A DNA stretch of 64,000 nucleotides from an uncultured Acidobacteriota bacterium (GTDB lineage Bacteria > Acidobacteriota > UBA6911), in the NCBI GenBank assembly GCA_963827655.1, contig CAWHCF010000046.1, positions 32,001-96,000 of the forward strand. The letters are read 5' to 3'. Shown here in pieces: positions 18,703 to 29,801 of this stretch. Under the pieces are notes generated by a model, which saw only the letters and a list, made by a program, of their open reading frames with translations, had not been told where the DNA came from and did not search any database. Position 1 is the stretch's first letter. Every line of letters starts with the position of its first letter. The position numbers and the translations under genes are program-made.

Positions 18703-20677
18703 TCACTGTGGCAGGCCGATCCGCCGGAGCAGATCGAGATAGCGCGGGTCACCTCGGATGCTATCGTAAACGGGATCGACCTTGAGGTAGCCGAGGCGCT
18801 GGCGGCGCTCCTGATAGGCCTTCTCCAGCCATTCGAAAGCTTCATCGCGGCGGCCGACCTTCAAGCAGAGCCGCGCGATCAGCAGCGACTCGACGTACTC
18901 CTTTTGGGACCGTTCGATCAACTGCAGATGCCGCTTCTTCAGGACGCTCGCGTACCCTGACGTGGCGAAGACGCGTCCCAGCTCTTCCGCTTCCTGCTTG
19001 CGCCCTCGGTCGATCATGATCCCTTGCCATTCTGCGAGGGCTTCAGCATACATGGCCTTCTGCTCGTACGTGTTGGCCGCGGCGAAGCGAGCCGCGTAGA
19101 ACGTGGGGTCGATCTCGAGAGCCTTGCAGTACTGCGCGATCGCTTCGTCGTAGCGTCGGGCGACGTACAGGTTGTATCCGAGGACGTAGTTAATGATGAT
19201 CGAAAGCGGATCCAGTTCCTGCGCGAGCTTGGCCTCTGCCACGGCTTCATCTATACGTCCCACCATGGTCAGGTACTCGGAGTACCACTGGTGCGCGGTC
19301 GCATAGTTCGGGTTGAGTTCGAGAGCTCGTCTGAACTCCATTTCCGCCCCCGTCCAGTCCCATTCCAGATGGCGGATGGCGGCTAGCGTGGTGCGTGTTT
19401 CGGCAAGCGAATCGTCCAGTTCCAGGGCTTTCGTCGCCGCCGCGCGCGCCAGCGGGAGGGTCTGTTTCGCCGAGAGCGCGCTATAGGTCTCCAGCACTAT
19501 GTAGGCGTCGGCCAGACCGGAGTAGGCCGGGGCGTACCTCGGATCGTGCTGGATGGCCTGCTGGAAATATTCGATGCTCTTGCGAATCGTTTCCTCTCTC
19601 CGCTTGTTCCAGAAGAAACGCCCTTTCAGGTACGCTTCGTAGGCCGCCGGAGTGGTCGTCGCCGAGAGGCCCGGCGGGCCGCGGCGCGACGGCAGCAATT
19701 CCACCGCCAGGGATCCTGCGATGCGCCTGGCGACCTCGCTCTGAAGGGCCAGCACGTCGGCACCACCCCGTTCGTAGTGCTCGACCCAGAGCTGGGTCTG
19801 GTCACTGACCTGGATGAGCTTGGCCGTGATGCGCACGCGATCTTCGGCCCGGCGCACGCTCCCCTCGACGATGTAATCCAGGTCCAGCTCTTTACCGATC
19901 TGGCCGATACTTTTGTTGGTGCCGGCGTATTGCATGGCCGAGGTCCGCGCGATCACTGCCAGCCGGGGGTGCAGACGACCGAGCTGAGCTATCATTTCCT
20001 CGGTCAATCCCTCGCTGAGATATTCCTGCTCCGGATCTCCGCTCATGTTCTTGAACGGCAAGACCGCCAGCCTGATCCGGCTCGAAGTCGATGGGGGATC
20101 AGACTTCCACCGCACCCAGGCAACGTAGGAGAAATAGGCCAGCAATAGTCCTGCCCCCATCGCCGCAACAGTCATCCACGATCGTCGCGGGTGCGGCCAT
20201 CACCGAACCCGTCGCCGGCGTCGCCGGTGACTCAAGAGGCGAGGTCTGCGCAACAGGGCCCGGCTCGTTTTCAATCGCGGCTGGCGCTGCCGGACCCGGC
20301 AAAGGCAGCGGAGCCCTGGAAGCCTCGGCCTCCGGATCCTGCAGTTCCACGGGCGCGATGAAGCGGTAACCGCGCCGGGTGAGGGTCTCGACATAGCGCG
20401 GGCTGCCGGCGGACTCGCCCAACGCCTCGCGCAGCTTGCTCATGGCCGTGTTGAGACTGTTGTCGAAGTCTACGAACGTATCCTCGGGCCAGAGCCGCTC
20501 CCGAAGCTCCTTCCGGGTCACTACGTCGCCGCGCCGCTCCAGCAATATGGATAGAATCTGAAAGGGCTTTTCCTGCAGCCTGATCTTCAGACCCTGTTTT
20601 CTCAGCTCTCCCGTGCGGAGATCGACCTCATAAAGACCAAAACGCGCCACCCGGGGACTTTCAGAAGATTCGAGCAT
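18703..20677 (-). CDS. CadC/OmpR-type winged-helix + TM + TolB-N/adenylate-cyclase-associated domain + TPR regulator; frameshift near 20175
   Basis: RFGLYEVDLRTGELRK..LQEKPFQIL..VDFDNSLN..YVETLTRRGYRF; LAVLPFKNMSGDPEQEYLSEGLTEE; TPR repeats. Confidence 0.88.
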
Positions 20678-20915
20678 AGAGATCAAAGTAGAGGGAGTTT
20701 ATCATGCCGACGTCCCAATCAAGCCAGGGCAAGGCAAGCAATACCGCTGCTTAATCGATTTATTTCCAAGAGCTTGAGCGATACTCAAAATTTATTCTCC
20801 CGATATGTCCGGGTCGATTGACCGTTCCTGCCCCCGCCGTGACACTCAACCCACGCTATTGCGCACTTTTTGCGCTTATCTGCAGGGAAGCTATTTCCAC
20901 AGGGGGAAGTCTGCG

Positions 20916-23900
20916 ATGGTCGCTGGAAACAAGTTCAAGATTCCGCTCCGCACAGGGTTCGTTTTCTTCTTCATCGCAGCAATGGGCACACCCGATCTTC
21001 TTAGCTCAGGTGACCAGCGGGACTATTGCCGGCGTCGTCACCGACCAGACCGGCGCGGTAATAGCCGGGTCGACGGTGACGGTTCGGCACTCTCGAAACG
21101 AACGCAACCCGCACTGCGGTGACTGAAATCGATGGGCGATACACCTTCCCGGGTTTGCCAGTGGGACCCTATGAGCTTACCGTTGAGATGCCCGGTTTTG
21201 CAAGATATGTGCGAGCCGGAATTTTTCTTCTGCTCAACCAGGTGGCCTTGGTCAATCCTGAGCTGCGACCGGCGGGAGGGTCAGAGGTTGTCAGCGTAAC
21301 AGAAAACGCGCCTCTCCTGAACGCGACCACGGCGGAGGTAGGAGTGCGTTTTGATGAAAAACGCCTCACAGATCTCCCCGCCAGCGGTCAGTTCGGGCGA
21401 GGCGGCGGATTCAGGGATGTGTTTGGACACGCGCTCTCCGCTCCCGGGGTCAGCCAGCTCAATAGCGGCAACGTGGCACGGACCGCAGGGACCAATTTCT
21501 CGGTGAACGGAAGTCGTCTCTATGGCAACAACTTCATGATCGATGGCCAGGATTCAAACGAGCCGAGCGTCACAGGCCGCCACCAGGTGCTCAATAATCC
21601 AGACATCGTCCAGGAATTGCGCGTGGTTACCAACCAGTTCCTGGCCGAGCATGGACGCAATACGGGTTCGGTGGTCAGCGTGATAACCAAGAGCGGCACC
21701 AATGATCTTCACGGTTCGGCGTTCTGGTTCTACAACAGCAATGCGCTGAATACCCTCAGCAACCTGGAAAAGGCGGCTGGATTTACGGAGGCTCCCTTCA
21801 TCAACGAACATCAGTTTGGCGGAACCGCCGGAGGACCGATCAAGAAAGACAGCACTTTCCTGTTTGGCTCTCTTCAGCGCTGGACTATCCGGTCTCTCGG
21901 CTCAGGCAGAACCATAGCCGGGGTCCCGACCGAGGCGGGCAAGCAGATCATCCAACAACTCGCGGGCAGCCGGCCGCAGGTTCAGGCGCTGCTGAAATTT
22001 CTCCCGGCGGCGCAGAACACCCGCGGAACACCGGTTCCGCTCACGGTGTCAGGCGCATCGGCACAAATTCCCGTAGGTGACCTGACCAGTTCCACAGGGA
22101 TGGGCCAGGATAACTGGCAGTGGTCGGCCCGCATCGATCAGAATTTTCGCAAGCACCATCTGGGCGGACGTTACCTTTTCAGCGACCTTTTTCAGTTCGG
22201 CGCCGGTCAGGTTACGCCGCCGGGCAACACGCAGGTGACGACGTCACGGCCCCAGGCTGCGATGGCATTCCTCACCAGTTATCCGACCGCTCACGTATTG
22301 AACGATCTTCGCTTGTCATACCAGCGGCTCGGCACAACGACTACCGCCAGCGATCCTTCTTCGGGAGCCATCCCGGCGCTCGAGATCGCCCAGCTGGGTC
22401 TGGCGGAGTTCAATGCCTCCCCGACCCGCACCGGCATCGGTCTGGCAGCCAATTTACCCCAGTTCCGTTTCAACAATGTCTATCAGCTTCAAGACACGGT
22501 GTCGCTGACCTACGGCAACCACTCCATCAAGTTCGGCATCGACTTGCGGCGCATCGAAGTTAAGACGTTTTTCATTCCGCTCACTCGCGGGCGGCTGGCG
22601 TATGCCACGCTCCAGGACTTTGTGGACGACGTCCCCCTCGCAGCCGACATTAACAAGCCGTTCCCAGGCGGCACTCTGATCCAGTACTACAAGATGCACG
22701 ATTTCTTTTTCTTCGCGCAGGACACATGGAATGTCCGGCCCGGCTTCACAATCAATTATGGCCTGCGCTACGAGGCGCCCGGCAATACCCTTGCAAGCTT
22801 GTATGACGTGAACGACAGCGTCGTGCAAGCAAACGGCGGGAACGAAGTCTTCCGGCTTACTCCACGCCCGGAGCGAGACTTGAACAACTTCCAACCCCGC
22901 CTGGGTGTCAGCTGGAATCCTCGCGTTCGAGCCGATGGATGGCTTGGCCGTCTCACGGGCGGCGACAAGCTCGTGGTGCGTGGCGGATACGCCCGGACTC
23001 ATGACTACTCGTTCCTGAACGTAGCGTTGAACCTGACAACCGCCTTTCCGTTTCTGGGGTCTATCAGCGCCCCGGCGGGTCTGCCCAACCCCTATACTGC
23101 GCTCGCAAGCCTGCCGGTGAATCTGACAAACCCGGCTGCGCTCAACATGCTTACCCGCACAATCGTGGGGGAGGATTTTCGTTCTCCCCTTTCGGATCAA
23201 TTCAGCTTCGAGATTCAGCGCCAGCTCGCCTCCGATACCGTGTTGCGGTTCGGTTACGTTGGAACCAAGGGAACCGGGCTACTCCAGACAATAGACGGGA
23301 ACCCGCGCACGATCTGTTCCCCGATTTCAACCAATGCGGCCGGCACTCCGCTGGGCTGCCCCCGGCTCGATCCAAGCCGCGGCATCATTCGCCTGCGCGC
23401 CAATGCCGCTTCATCGATTTACCATTCAATGCAGGTCAGCATGGACAAGCGTTTCTCTCAAGGGTTCAGCGGCGGGGTCCATTACACCTGGAGTTCGTTT
23501 ATCGACGACGCGTCGGACATCTTCAATCCCTCGGCTTTCGGAGACGTCGCGGTTTCGCAGGATTCCTTCAACCGACGGGCGGACCGCGGCCGCTCGACCT
23601 TCGACCGCCCGCACCGTTTCGCCGCGAATTTCGTGTACGAACTTCATTTCTTCCGGAGCCAGGCAGGCGCTCTGGGCCGCCTCCTCGGTGGTTGGCAGAT
23701 CGCTTCCTTCCTGACTTTCCAGGGTGGATCGCCATTCACGCCTCTGAACGGAGCGGACCCGGCCCTGGCATTGCAGGGCATCTCGGGGTTGGTCGGCAAC
23801 GCCATTCGACCGAATCTGGCGACGACCCTCGACCTGTACGGAATGTCAGTCGAACAACTCTATCGCCTTCGCGGGCCGGTTACTCCCGCTGGCAATGCTT

Positions 23901-24211
23901 TGTTCAGCACCCTTCCCCCCTGTGCCCGAGTGGGAGATTCCAATAGCTGCCTTCCGGCCGGCCGGGTCGGCAACGCGGGGCGCAACATTCTTCGCAGCGA
24001 TGGCATCGGACAGGTAGACCTCGGCATTCTCAAGAGCGTGCGCATCAAGGAGTATCACCAGCTGCAATTTCGCGCTGATGTCTTCAATCTTTCGAACACA
24101 CGAAACTTCGGCATTCCGGATGCTTCGGCGAACAGTAACGGCTTCCTCAACCAGTGGGGGACCGATGGAGGCAACCGCCGGATATTCGCCTCGTTGCGTT
24201 ATGTGTTTTGA
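20916..24211 (+). CDS. TonB-dependent receptor, Oar-like; two frameshifts in the 5' part (about 20990-21000 and about 21090)
   Basis: N-terminal pieces in three frames (MVAGNK.. / AQVTSGTIAGVVTDQTGAV / ..TEIDGRYTFPGL); TKSGTNDLHG; C-terminal ASLRYVF. Confidence 0.88.
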
Positions 24212-24254
24212 GTGGCTTGATCGGATTGCGATTCAAGCCCTGCCGAAGCGTCAA

Positions 24255-24337
24255 AACGTGGACGTTGACGTGCTCGTGCACGTGCTCGTGGTCGGTTGTT
24301 GCTCGCCCTTGGAGTGCGCAAGCTTGCTTGCGCCTTG
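24255..24337. repeat. Hexamer tandem array followed by a REP-like palindrome
   Basis: aacgtg gacgtt gacgtg ctcgtg cacgtg ctcgtg; tggagtGCGCAAGcttgCTTGCGC. Confidence 0.65.
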
Positions 24338-24424
24338 TTTCGCGGCAAATTTCAGAGCGCGACCAGTTGCCGACTCGGGCGGAAAAGATTGATCGAACTG
24401 CGGATTTCGTGGCACCAGGAGAAC

Positions 24425-27170
24425 CTAGTGGCGGCTACCCAGGAAGTTCTCCACCAGCATCAGGTCACTGGTCAGATGGTCCGCTTGTGGATAGAGGATC
24501 CAGCGCTCGTCGGGCGACACCGAGAACCCCCACATCACCGGTTTTGTAATGGACGCCAACTGGCTCGTCTTACCACTGGAGAAACTCAAGAAATCGATGG
24601 CAAACTGTCTTTCCCGGGGCCCAGGGATGAAGTAGATTCCATCCTTCACAACGACATAGTTGACTGCGTACACTGAATCCAAAACCTGGGTTTCCACACC
24701 ATCGGCTGAAATTCTCCACAGGCTCGAAACGGGTTCTTCAGGCTTCAAGAAATAGGTGTGCAAGCCGTCGGGTGATTCGACGGGGATCGAGCCTCCGTTC
24801 TTTGTCACCTGGACTGCATCGCCTCCCTGGGCCGGCATTTTCCACACCTGACGTTGGCCGGTACGGTTCGAATCGAAATAGATCCATTTACCGTCTCGCG
24901 ACCATCTCGGTGCTCTGTCGCCTGCCGGGTGGATGGTCAATCGCCGGGCTTTGCCTCCCTCGGCGCCGATGACATAGAGCTCAACCTGCCCCTCCTGATT
25001 GGCGGCGAAAGCGATCTGCTGGCCGTCCGGAGACCAGCAGGGACTGGTACAGTCCTCACCTGAAAATGACGTAAGCTGGAACGCGTTAGAACCGTCGTTG
25101 TCGCAGACCCAGATCTCGGAATGACCGGAGCGATAGGAGGCAAAGACGATCTTCTGGCCGTCGGGAGAGAATTGAGGGAAGTGGTCAACGAAACTTGAGG
25201 AAATAAATGGAGTGGCTGAACCGGCCTTCTGATCCGACCTGGATATCTGGATACGCCAGATGTTGGGGTCAAAGATGCGCTGAACGAACGCAAGATCTCC
25301 CTGGCGTGAAAGCGCCGGTGAAACAAGGTGGACGCCACCCCCGCCCAGAGGCAAGGGCTCGGGCCGTGTCCTTCCCGAGACTGGGACCTTCCACAAGCCG
25401 TAATGGTGCTGGCCGCCGGAGACAAACACGAGTTCGGATCCATCCGGCGTCCAGGCAGGGTAGGTGCTGTGCCGGTTTTCAAACGTGAGCCGCGTCGGTT
25501 CGGCGGTCGGGCTCAGCCCTCTGGAAAGAGCAAGCAAGTAGAAATCAGAGACTGTTGTCGCGATGAATCGGGCGAACGCCAGAGTTCGGCCGTCCGGGGA
25601 GAAGGCCGGGGCGTAGTCGGCGAGGTTAAACGTCGGGCACGAGGTGAGACGGCGTTTTTCGCCAGTCTCGACCGAGACCAGAAACAGCCCATGAGGTTCC
25701 TGCTCAGTGGGCTGGTCTGGCACAGCGAGCCATTGGCTATCTGGAGACCAGGCGAGGGTGGGCCACGGCATGCCCAATTGTGGGCGCCGGAATCCTCCCA
25801 AGCGGCGCTCTCTTCCCCCAACGGTGGAAATGATGAACGCGGCGAATTTGAAGTCGTTGTCCCGACGCAAGAAAGCGATCCAGCCGGCCGTCTGGAGACC
25901 AGACGGGACTGAATTCCTCGCCAGGGTGATTGGTCAAGCGAAGTCTCGATTCCGTCCCCACCTGTTTGATGTAAATGTCAAAATTATCCTGGTTCTCTCC
26001 ATTCCACGAAAATGCAACCTGCTTGCCGTCCGGGGAGAACGAAGGATATCGTTCAATGCCAGGGTAGCTGGTTAAAGGGACAATACGGAGGGATGACGGG
26101 GCGCCGGGTTCGGGGCTGCGACCCAGCCACAGCGCCAGTCCCAGACCCGCTAGAACTGCTGCCGCCACGCCGGCCCAAAGCCAGCGACGCGCCGGCGACG
26201 CCGCCTTCACAGCAGGTTTCTCCCGCCGGAGCTCCTCGTGCAAGTCCTGAAGCACCACTTTCAGGTCGGCAGCACTTTGAAAGCGGCGTTCCCGATCCTT
26301 CCGGAGACATCGTTCGAGAATAGGATCCAATTCCTTCGGTATCGCATGCCTAAGCTGACTGGGAGACTGGGGATCTTCCCGCAGGATCGCGGTCAGCGTT
26401 GCCAGGTGAGAATCTGCCTGAAAGGGGTGCCGGCCGGTCAGCAACTCGTACAACAGCGTTCCAAGGCTGAAAATATCCGACCGGGTATCAACCGGCTTTC
26501 CTTCAGCCTGCTCGGGAGACATGTACGAGACAGTTCCAAGAATCACTCCTGCCTCTGTTCCTAAAGTCTCCGTTGACGCGCCGTCCGTGCCAGATCCGGC
26601 AAGACCTGTCGCTAACCGCTTGGCCAGACCGAAGTCCAGCACCTTGACGACGCCCTGGGCGTTAACCATGATGTTCCCGGGCTTCAAATCGCGGTGTACG
26701 ACTCCCGCTGCATGAGCCGACGCCAAAGCACTGCAGATCTGGATGGCGTATTTCAAGGTTTCATCCAGCGAAAGCTTGCGGCCAGAGTGAAGCTCGGCCA
26801 GAGTCTGACCCTCCACGTACTCCATGACGACGAAGTCAACACCGTCCTCGTTGAGGATGTCGTGTACCACTACAATGTTGGGATGATTCAGGGCCGAAGC
26901 AGCTTTGGCTTCCCGCTGAAGTCTGCGCTTGCGCTCGGGGTCATTGACTAACTCCGGCGGGAGTACTTTCAGAGCAACGGTGCGGCCCAGGAGACTGTCC
27001 CGGGCCTGGTAGACCTTACCCATGCCGCCTTGGCCCAGCTCGGACAGAATCTGATAGTGGCCTACAGTGCGGCCGGTTAGGATTGCGTGCGGATTGTTCG
27101 AGTCTTGAGCGCTGCCGGTTTTCAATACCGCTCCGTTGAAGAATTCTTCAGCCATTCGAGGGGATGACAA
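24425..27170 (-). CDS. Hanks-type Ser/Thr kinase + TM + TolB-like (PD40) beta-propeller; frameshift near 25880
   Basis: LGQGGMGKVY; VALK; HRDLKPGN; DFGLA; YMSPEQ; repeated xSPDG motifs. Confidence 0.9.
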
Positions 27171-27215
27171 CAGGGAGTCAATGCCGCCGATCTTCTGGAA
27201 CCCCTTCTCGGGTCC

Positions 27216-27300
27216 TGCGCCCCGCCAGGGCGCATTGGTTTGAATAGTCCGTCCCCGGTGGTTTCATCATCGGCTAGTGTCGGCTGTCCCTCTCGAGACA
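27216..27300. repeat. REP-like multi-hairpin element (degenerate)
   Basis: TGCGCCCcgccaGGGCGCA; ccggtggtttcatcatcgg; tgtccctctcgagaca. Confidence 0.45.
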
Positions 27301-27482
27301 GATGTTGGGGCTCTGCAGACGTTCCCGATGTCTACTCCTGACTTCTCATGGCAGGATTGATCCATCAGAAGATGCTATCAACTCCGGCTCAGAGCCTTCG
27401 GGCCTCAGTGGCGAAGCTTGCTTCGCCCTTGCCCACGACCGTTACGAATCAGGCTATAGCGGTGAGGACGCTGATTCCCGGC

Positions 27483-29672
27483 TCATTCGGGGGCGGTCGA
27501 ACGATACCGCTGTACGATTTCCGCCGCAGACGCCGCTACGTCAATCTGCAGGGCGTCGCCCGCGCCGGCAATGCGATAAACACCCGCCGCCGGCTGGTAG
27601 GTTCTGTGTACCTCCTCGGGGTCGACGCGCCGGTGAAGCTGGTCCACGAAATTGAGCAGCAGGAGCCGACGCGGGGCAACCAGAGCCGCCACTTCCGGCA
27701 AATCGAAATCGCGCAATACACCGGGCACAAACGCGCCGAAGCGGTGGGTGTAAAGCTCGCTCTCGATGATGGCCGCATAGGAAAGAAGAGCGCCGGTAAC
27801 CGCCGCCGATTGAATCCGCTCGTCGAGCGCCGCGGCGTACAGAACCAGGAGTCCGCCCAGACCGTGGCCGGCTGCCGAAATCCGACGGCGGTCCACCTCT
27901 TTCCGACTTAGAAGATACTCTACGGCGCCGAGCACGTCGCGCGTTCGGAGTCCTACCAGGGTATTGCCGCCCCGCAGCGCTTCATAGAACCGTCCGACCT
28001 CCGCATCCCCTACGAAACCCCGGTAGTTGCGCTGCGTCGATGAAGAAGCCGGAGCCGTCTCTCCCAGACCCCGCGGGTCAATCGACAGGACCACGTGGCC
28101 GGCCTCGGCCAGCGGTCGCAGGTACTTTTCGGCCACCGCGCCGCTATTGCCTTCTTCATGCACGAAAACCATGCCAGGCGAGGGGCCTTGCCGTTTGGGC
28201 AACAACAGCAGCCCGGGAACGAAGATCTCGGGTTCACTGTAAAAGACAATCTTCTCCAGCGTGAAGGTCCCTTTGTCGGCGCGGGCCAGGATCCTGGGAT
28301 TCAACGGAGCCTGCGCCAGGACGCAGCCGATCTGGACTGCTACCGTCTTCTTGAGTTGCTCACGCCACTGCGCCCAGGCCTCCCGGGCGGCCGGCATCGG
28401 CTGCCGTTGAATCCGTCCTTCCGCCCGGTTCAGCGAGAAAACGGTTTCCCCGCCCAGCGCCGTGCGGACCTGGCCGGTAGTTGTGCAGTGGAGCGCCGCT
28501 TCCGGTTCCAGCGGGGCGGGCGCCTCGACCAGCGCCTCGGGGGCGGGTGTCTCGGAGCGCCACCAGCGACTGAGCCACTTGAAAGCCTCCTGCCGCATGT
28601 TTTCTCCGTAGCCATGCGGCCCTTCTGCAATCAGGAAGCGAGTCCGGTCGGCAGCGCCGAGGACCTGATATGCATTCGCCACTGCCTGGTGCCGCTGCTG
28701 CTTTGCCAGCACGCCGGCGCGCGCATCGCCTGTCGCCTCGATCATGAGAAGCGGCCGCGGTGCGATCAGAAGGTCAATGTCGACTATTCCCAAGCCGGGC
28801 GTTGTGGGCGTGTCCGGAGCGCAGCCTCCATAACAGACGGGAATCGAAACCTGAATCCGATCGTCGATGGCAGAAAGGACCTCGGTCTGCAGCCCCCCTC
28901 CCGACGTGCCCGTGCACGCGATCCGACGCCGGTCCACGTCACCGCGCTCCTCCAGATAATCAATCGCCCTCACCCCGTCCCACACCATTCGCTGGGCGAA
29001 GCTGCGCGGCGTGAGCAAGCTCTGCGCCCCCGCCAAGCCGTGCTCAATGGTGACGAAGAATGTCGAGCCACCTGGATCAATCAGCGAGCGTCCCATCACG
29101 GGGCTGTAGTACTGCAATCTTTCGCCCTGGCCGGGCGCATCATAGATCAACACAAGAAACCCGCGCCGGGCCAGGTAGATTCCGAGCCGCTGGTAATCCT
29201 CGAAAGCCTTTCCATCGCCCCAGTGCCCAACCGGACACACCACTGCGGGAAACGGAGGTTGGCTCCGTTGCGGCACATACACGTTGGCTGTTACGTAATA
29301 CCGCGGCAGGCTCTCGAAGATGATCTTCTCGATGGTGTAGCCGTCGCGTTTCAGCTTTCCCGTGGTAACGGCTCGCAGAGGCGTGCGCGCGGGAAACTCA
29401 CCCAATGCCTGGCGCAGCTTTTTCCGCGCTGCGCTCTGCTGCTGCTCCACATCGGCACTGGTCTTGAGCGCCGCAATCGCTTTTTCGCGGTCGGTCCCGC
29501 TCTGCGCCGCCAGCTTGCGCAGATAGTTCGACAGCATCTGATCGGCGTTTTCGAACCCGGCTTGTCCGTAAAGAACATTCCATTCCGGGTGGAGATCCGA
29601 CTGGGCCAATGCGGCGAGGGGAAAAAGAAGCAACAGGGTCTTCAGCATCGGATTGAAAGGTTGCCGCGCCAC
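27483..29672 (-). CDS. Secreted two-domain alpha/beta hydrolase (acetyl xylan esterase/dienelactone-hydrolase-like)
   Basis: Signal peptide; PAVVCPVGH; DAPGQGER; GTSGGG nucleophile elbow; second domain with DPRGLGET and GHGLGG. Confidence 0.8.
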   Translation of the reverse strand: MARQPFNPMLKTLLLLFPLAALAQSDLHPEWNVLYGQAGFENADQMLSNYLRKLAAQSGTDREKAIAALKTSADVEQQQSAARKKLRQALGEFPARTPLRAVTTGKLKRDGYTIEKIIFESLPRYYVTANVYVPQRSQPPFPAVVCPVGHWGDGKAFEDYQRLGIYLARRGFLVLIYDAPGQGERLQYYSPVMGRSLIDPGGSTFFVTIEHGLAGAQSLLTPRSFAQRMVWDGVRAIDYLEERGDVDRRRIACTGTSGGGLQTEVLSAIDDRIQVSIPVCYGGCAPDTPTTPGLGIVDIDLLIAPRPLLMIEATGDARAGVLAKQQRHQAVANAYQVLGAADRTRFLIAEGPHGYGENMRQEAFKWLSRWWRSETPAPEALVEAPAPLEPEAALHCTTTGQVRTALGGETVFSLNRAEGRIQRQPMPAAREAWAQWREQLKKTVAVQIGCVLAQAPLNPRILARADKGTFTLEKIVFYSEPEIFVPGLLLLPKRQGPSPGMVFVHEEGNSGAVAEKYLRPLAEAGHVVLSIDPRGLGETAPASSSTQRNYRGFVGDAEVGRFYEALRGGNTLVGLRTRDVLGAVEYLLSRKEVDRRRISAAGHGLGGLLVLYAAALDERIQSAAVTGALLSYAAIIESELYTHRFGAFVPGVLRDFDLPEVAALVAPRRLLLLNFVDQLHRRVDPEEVHRTYQPAAGVYRIAGAGDALQIDVAASAAEIVQRYRSTAPE

Positions 29673-29749
29673 GATCGTGCTCGCTCGTCAAGAAAAAGGA
29701 GAGGTAGCGGGTCGGAAAATAGCACAGGTTGGGTGTCAAAGTCTGTAAA

Positions 29750-29797
29750 GATTCTTGGTGTTTCTTTGTGTCTTTGTGCCCTAGGGGTATTTGTTTC
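29750..29797 (-). repeat. 8-nt-period intergenic repeat (reverse copy, full length)
   Basis: gattcttggtgtttctttgtgtctttgtgccctaggggtatttgtttc. Confidence 0.85.
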
Positions 29798-29801
29798 CGC
29801 T

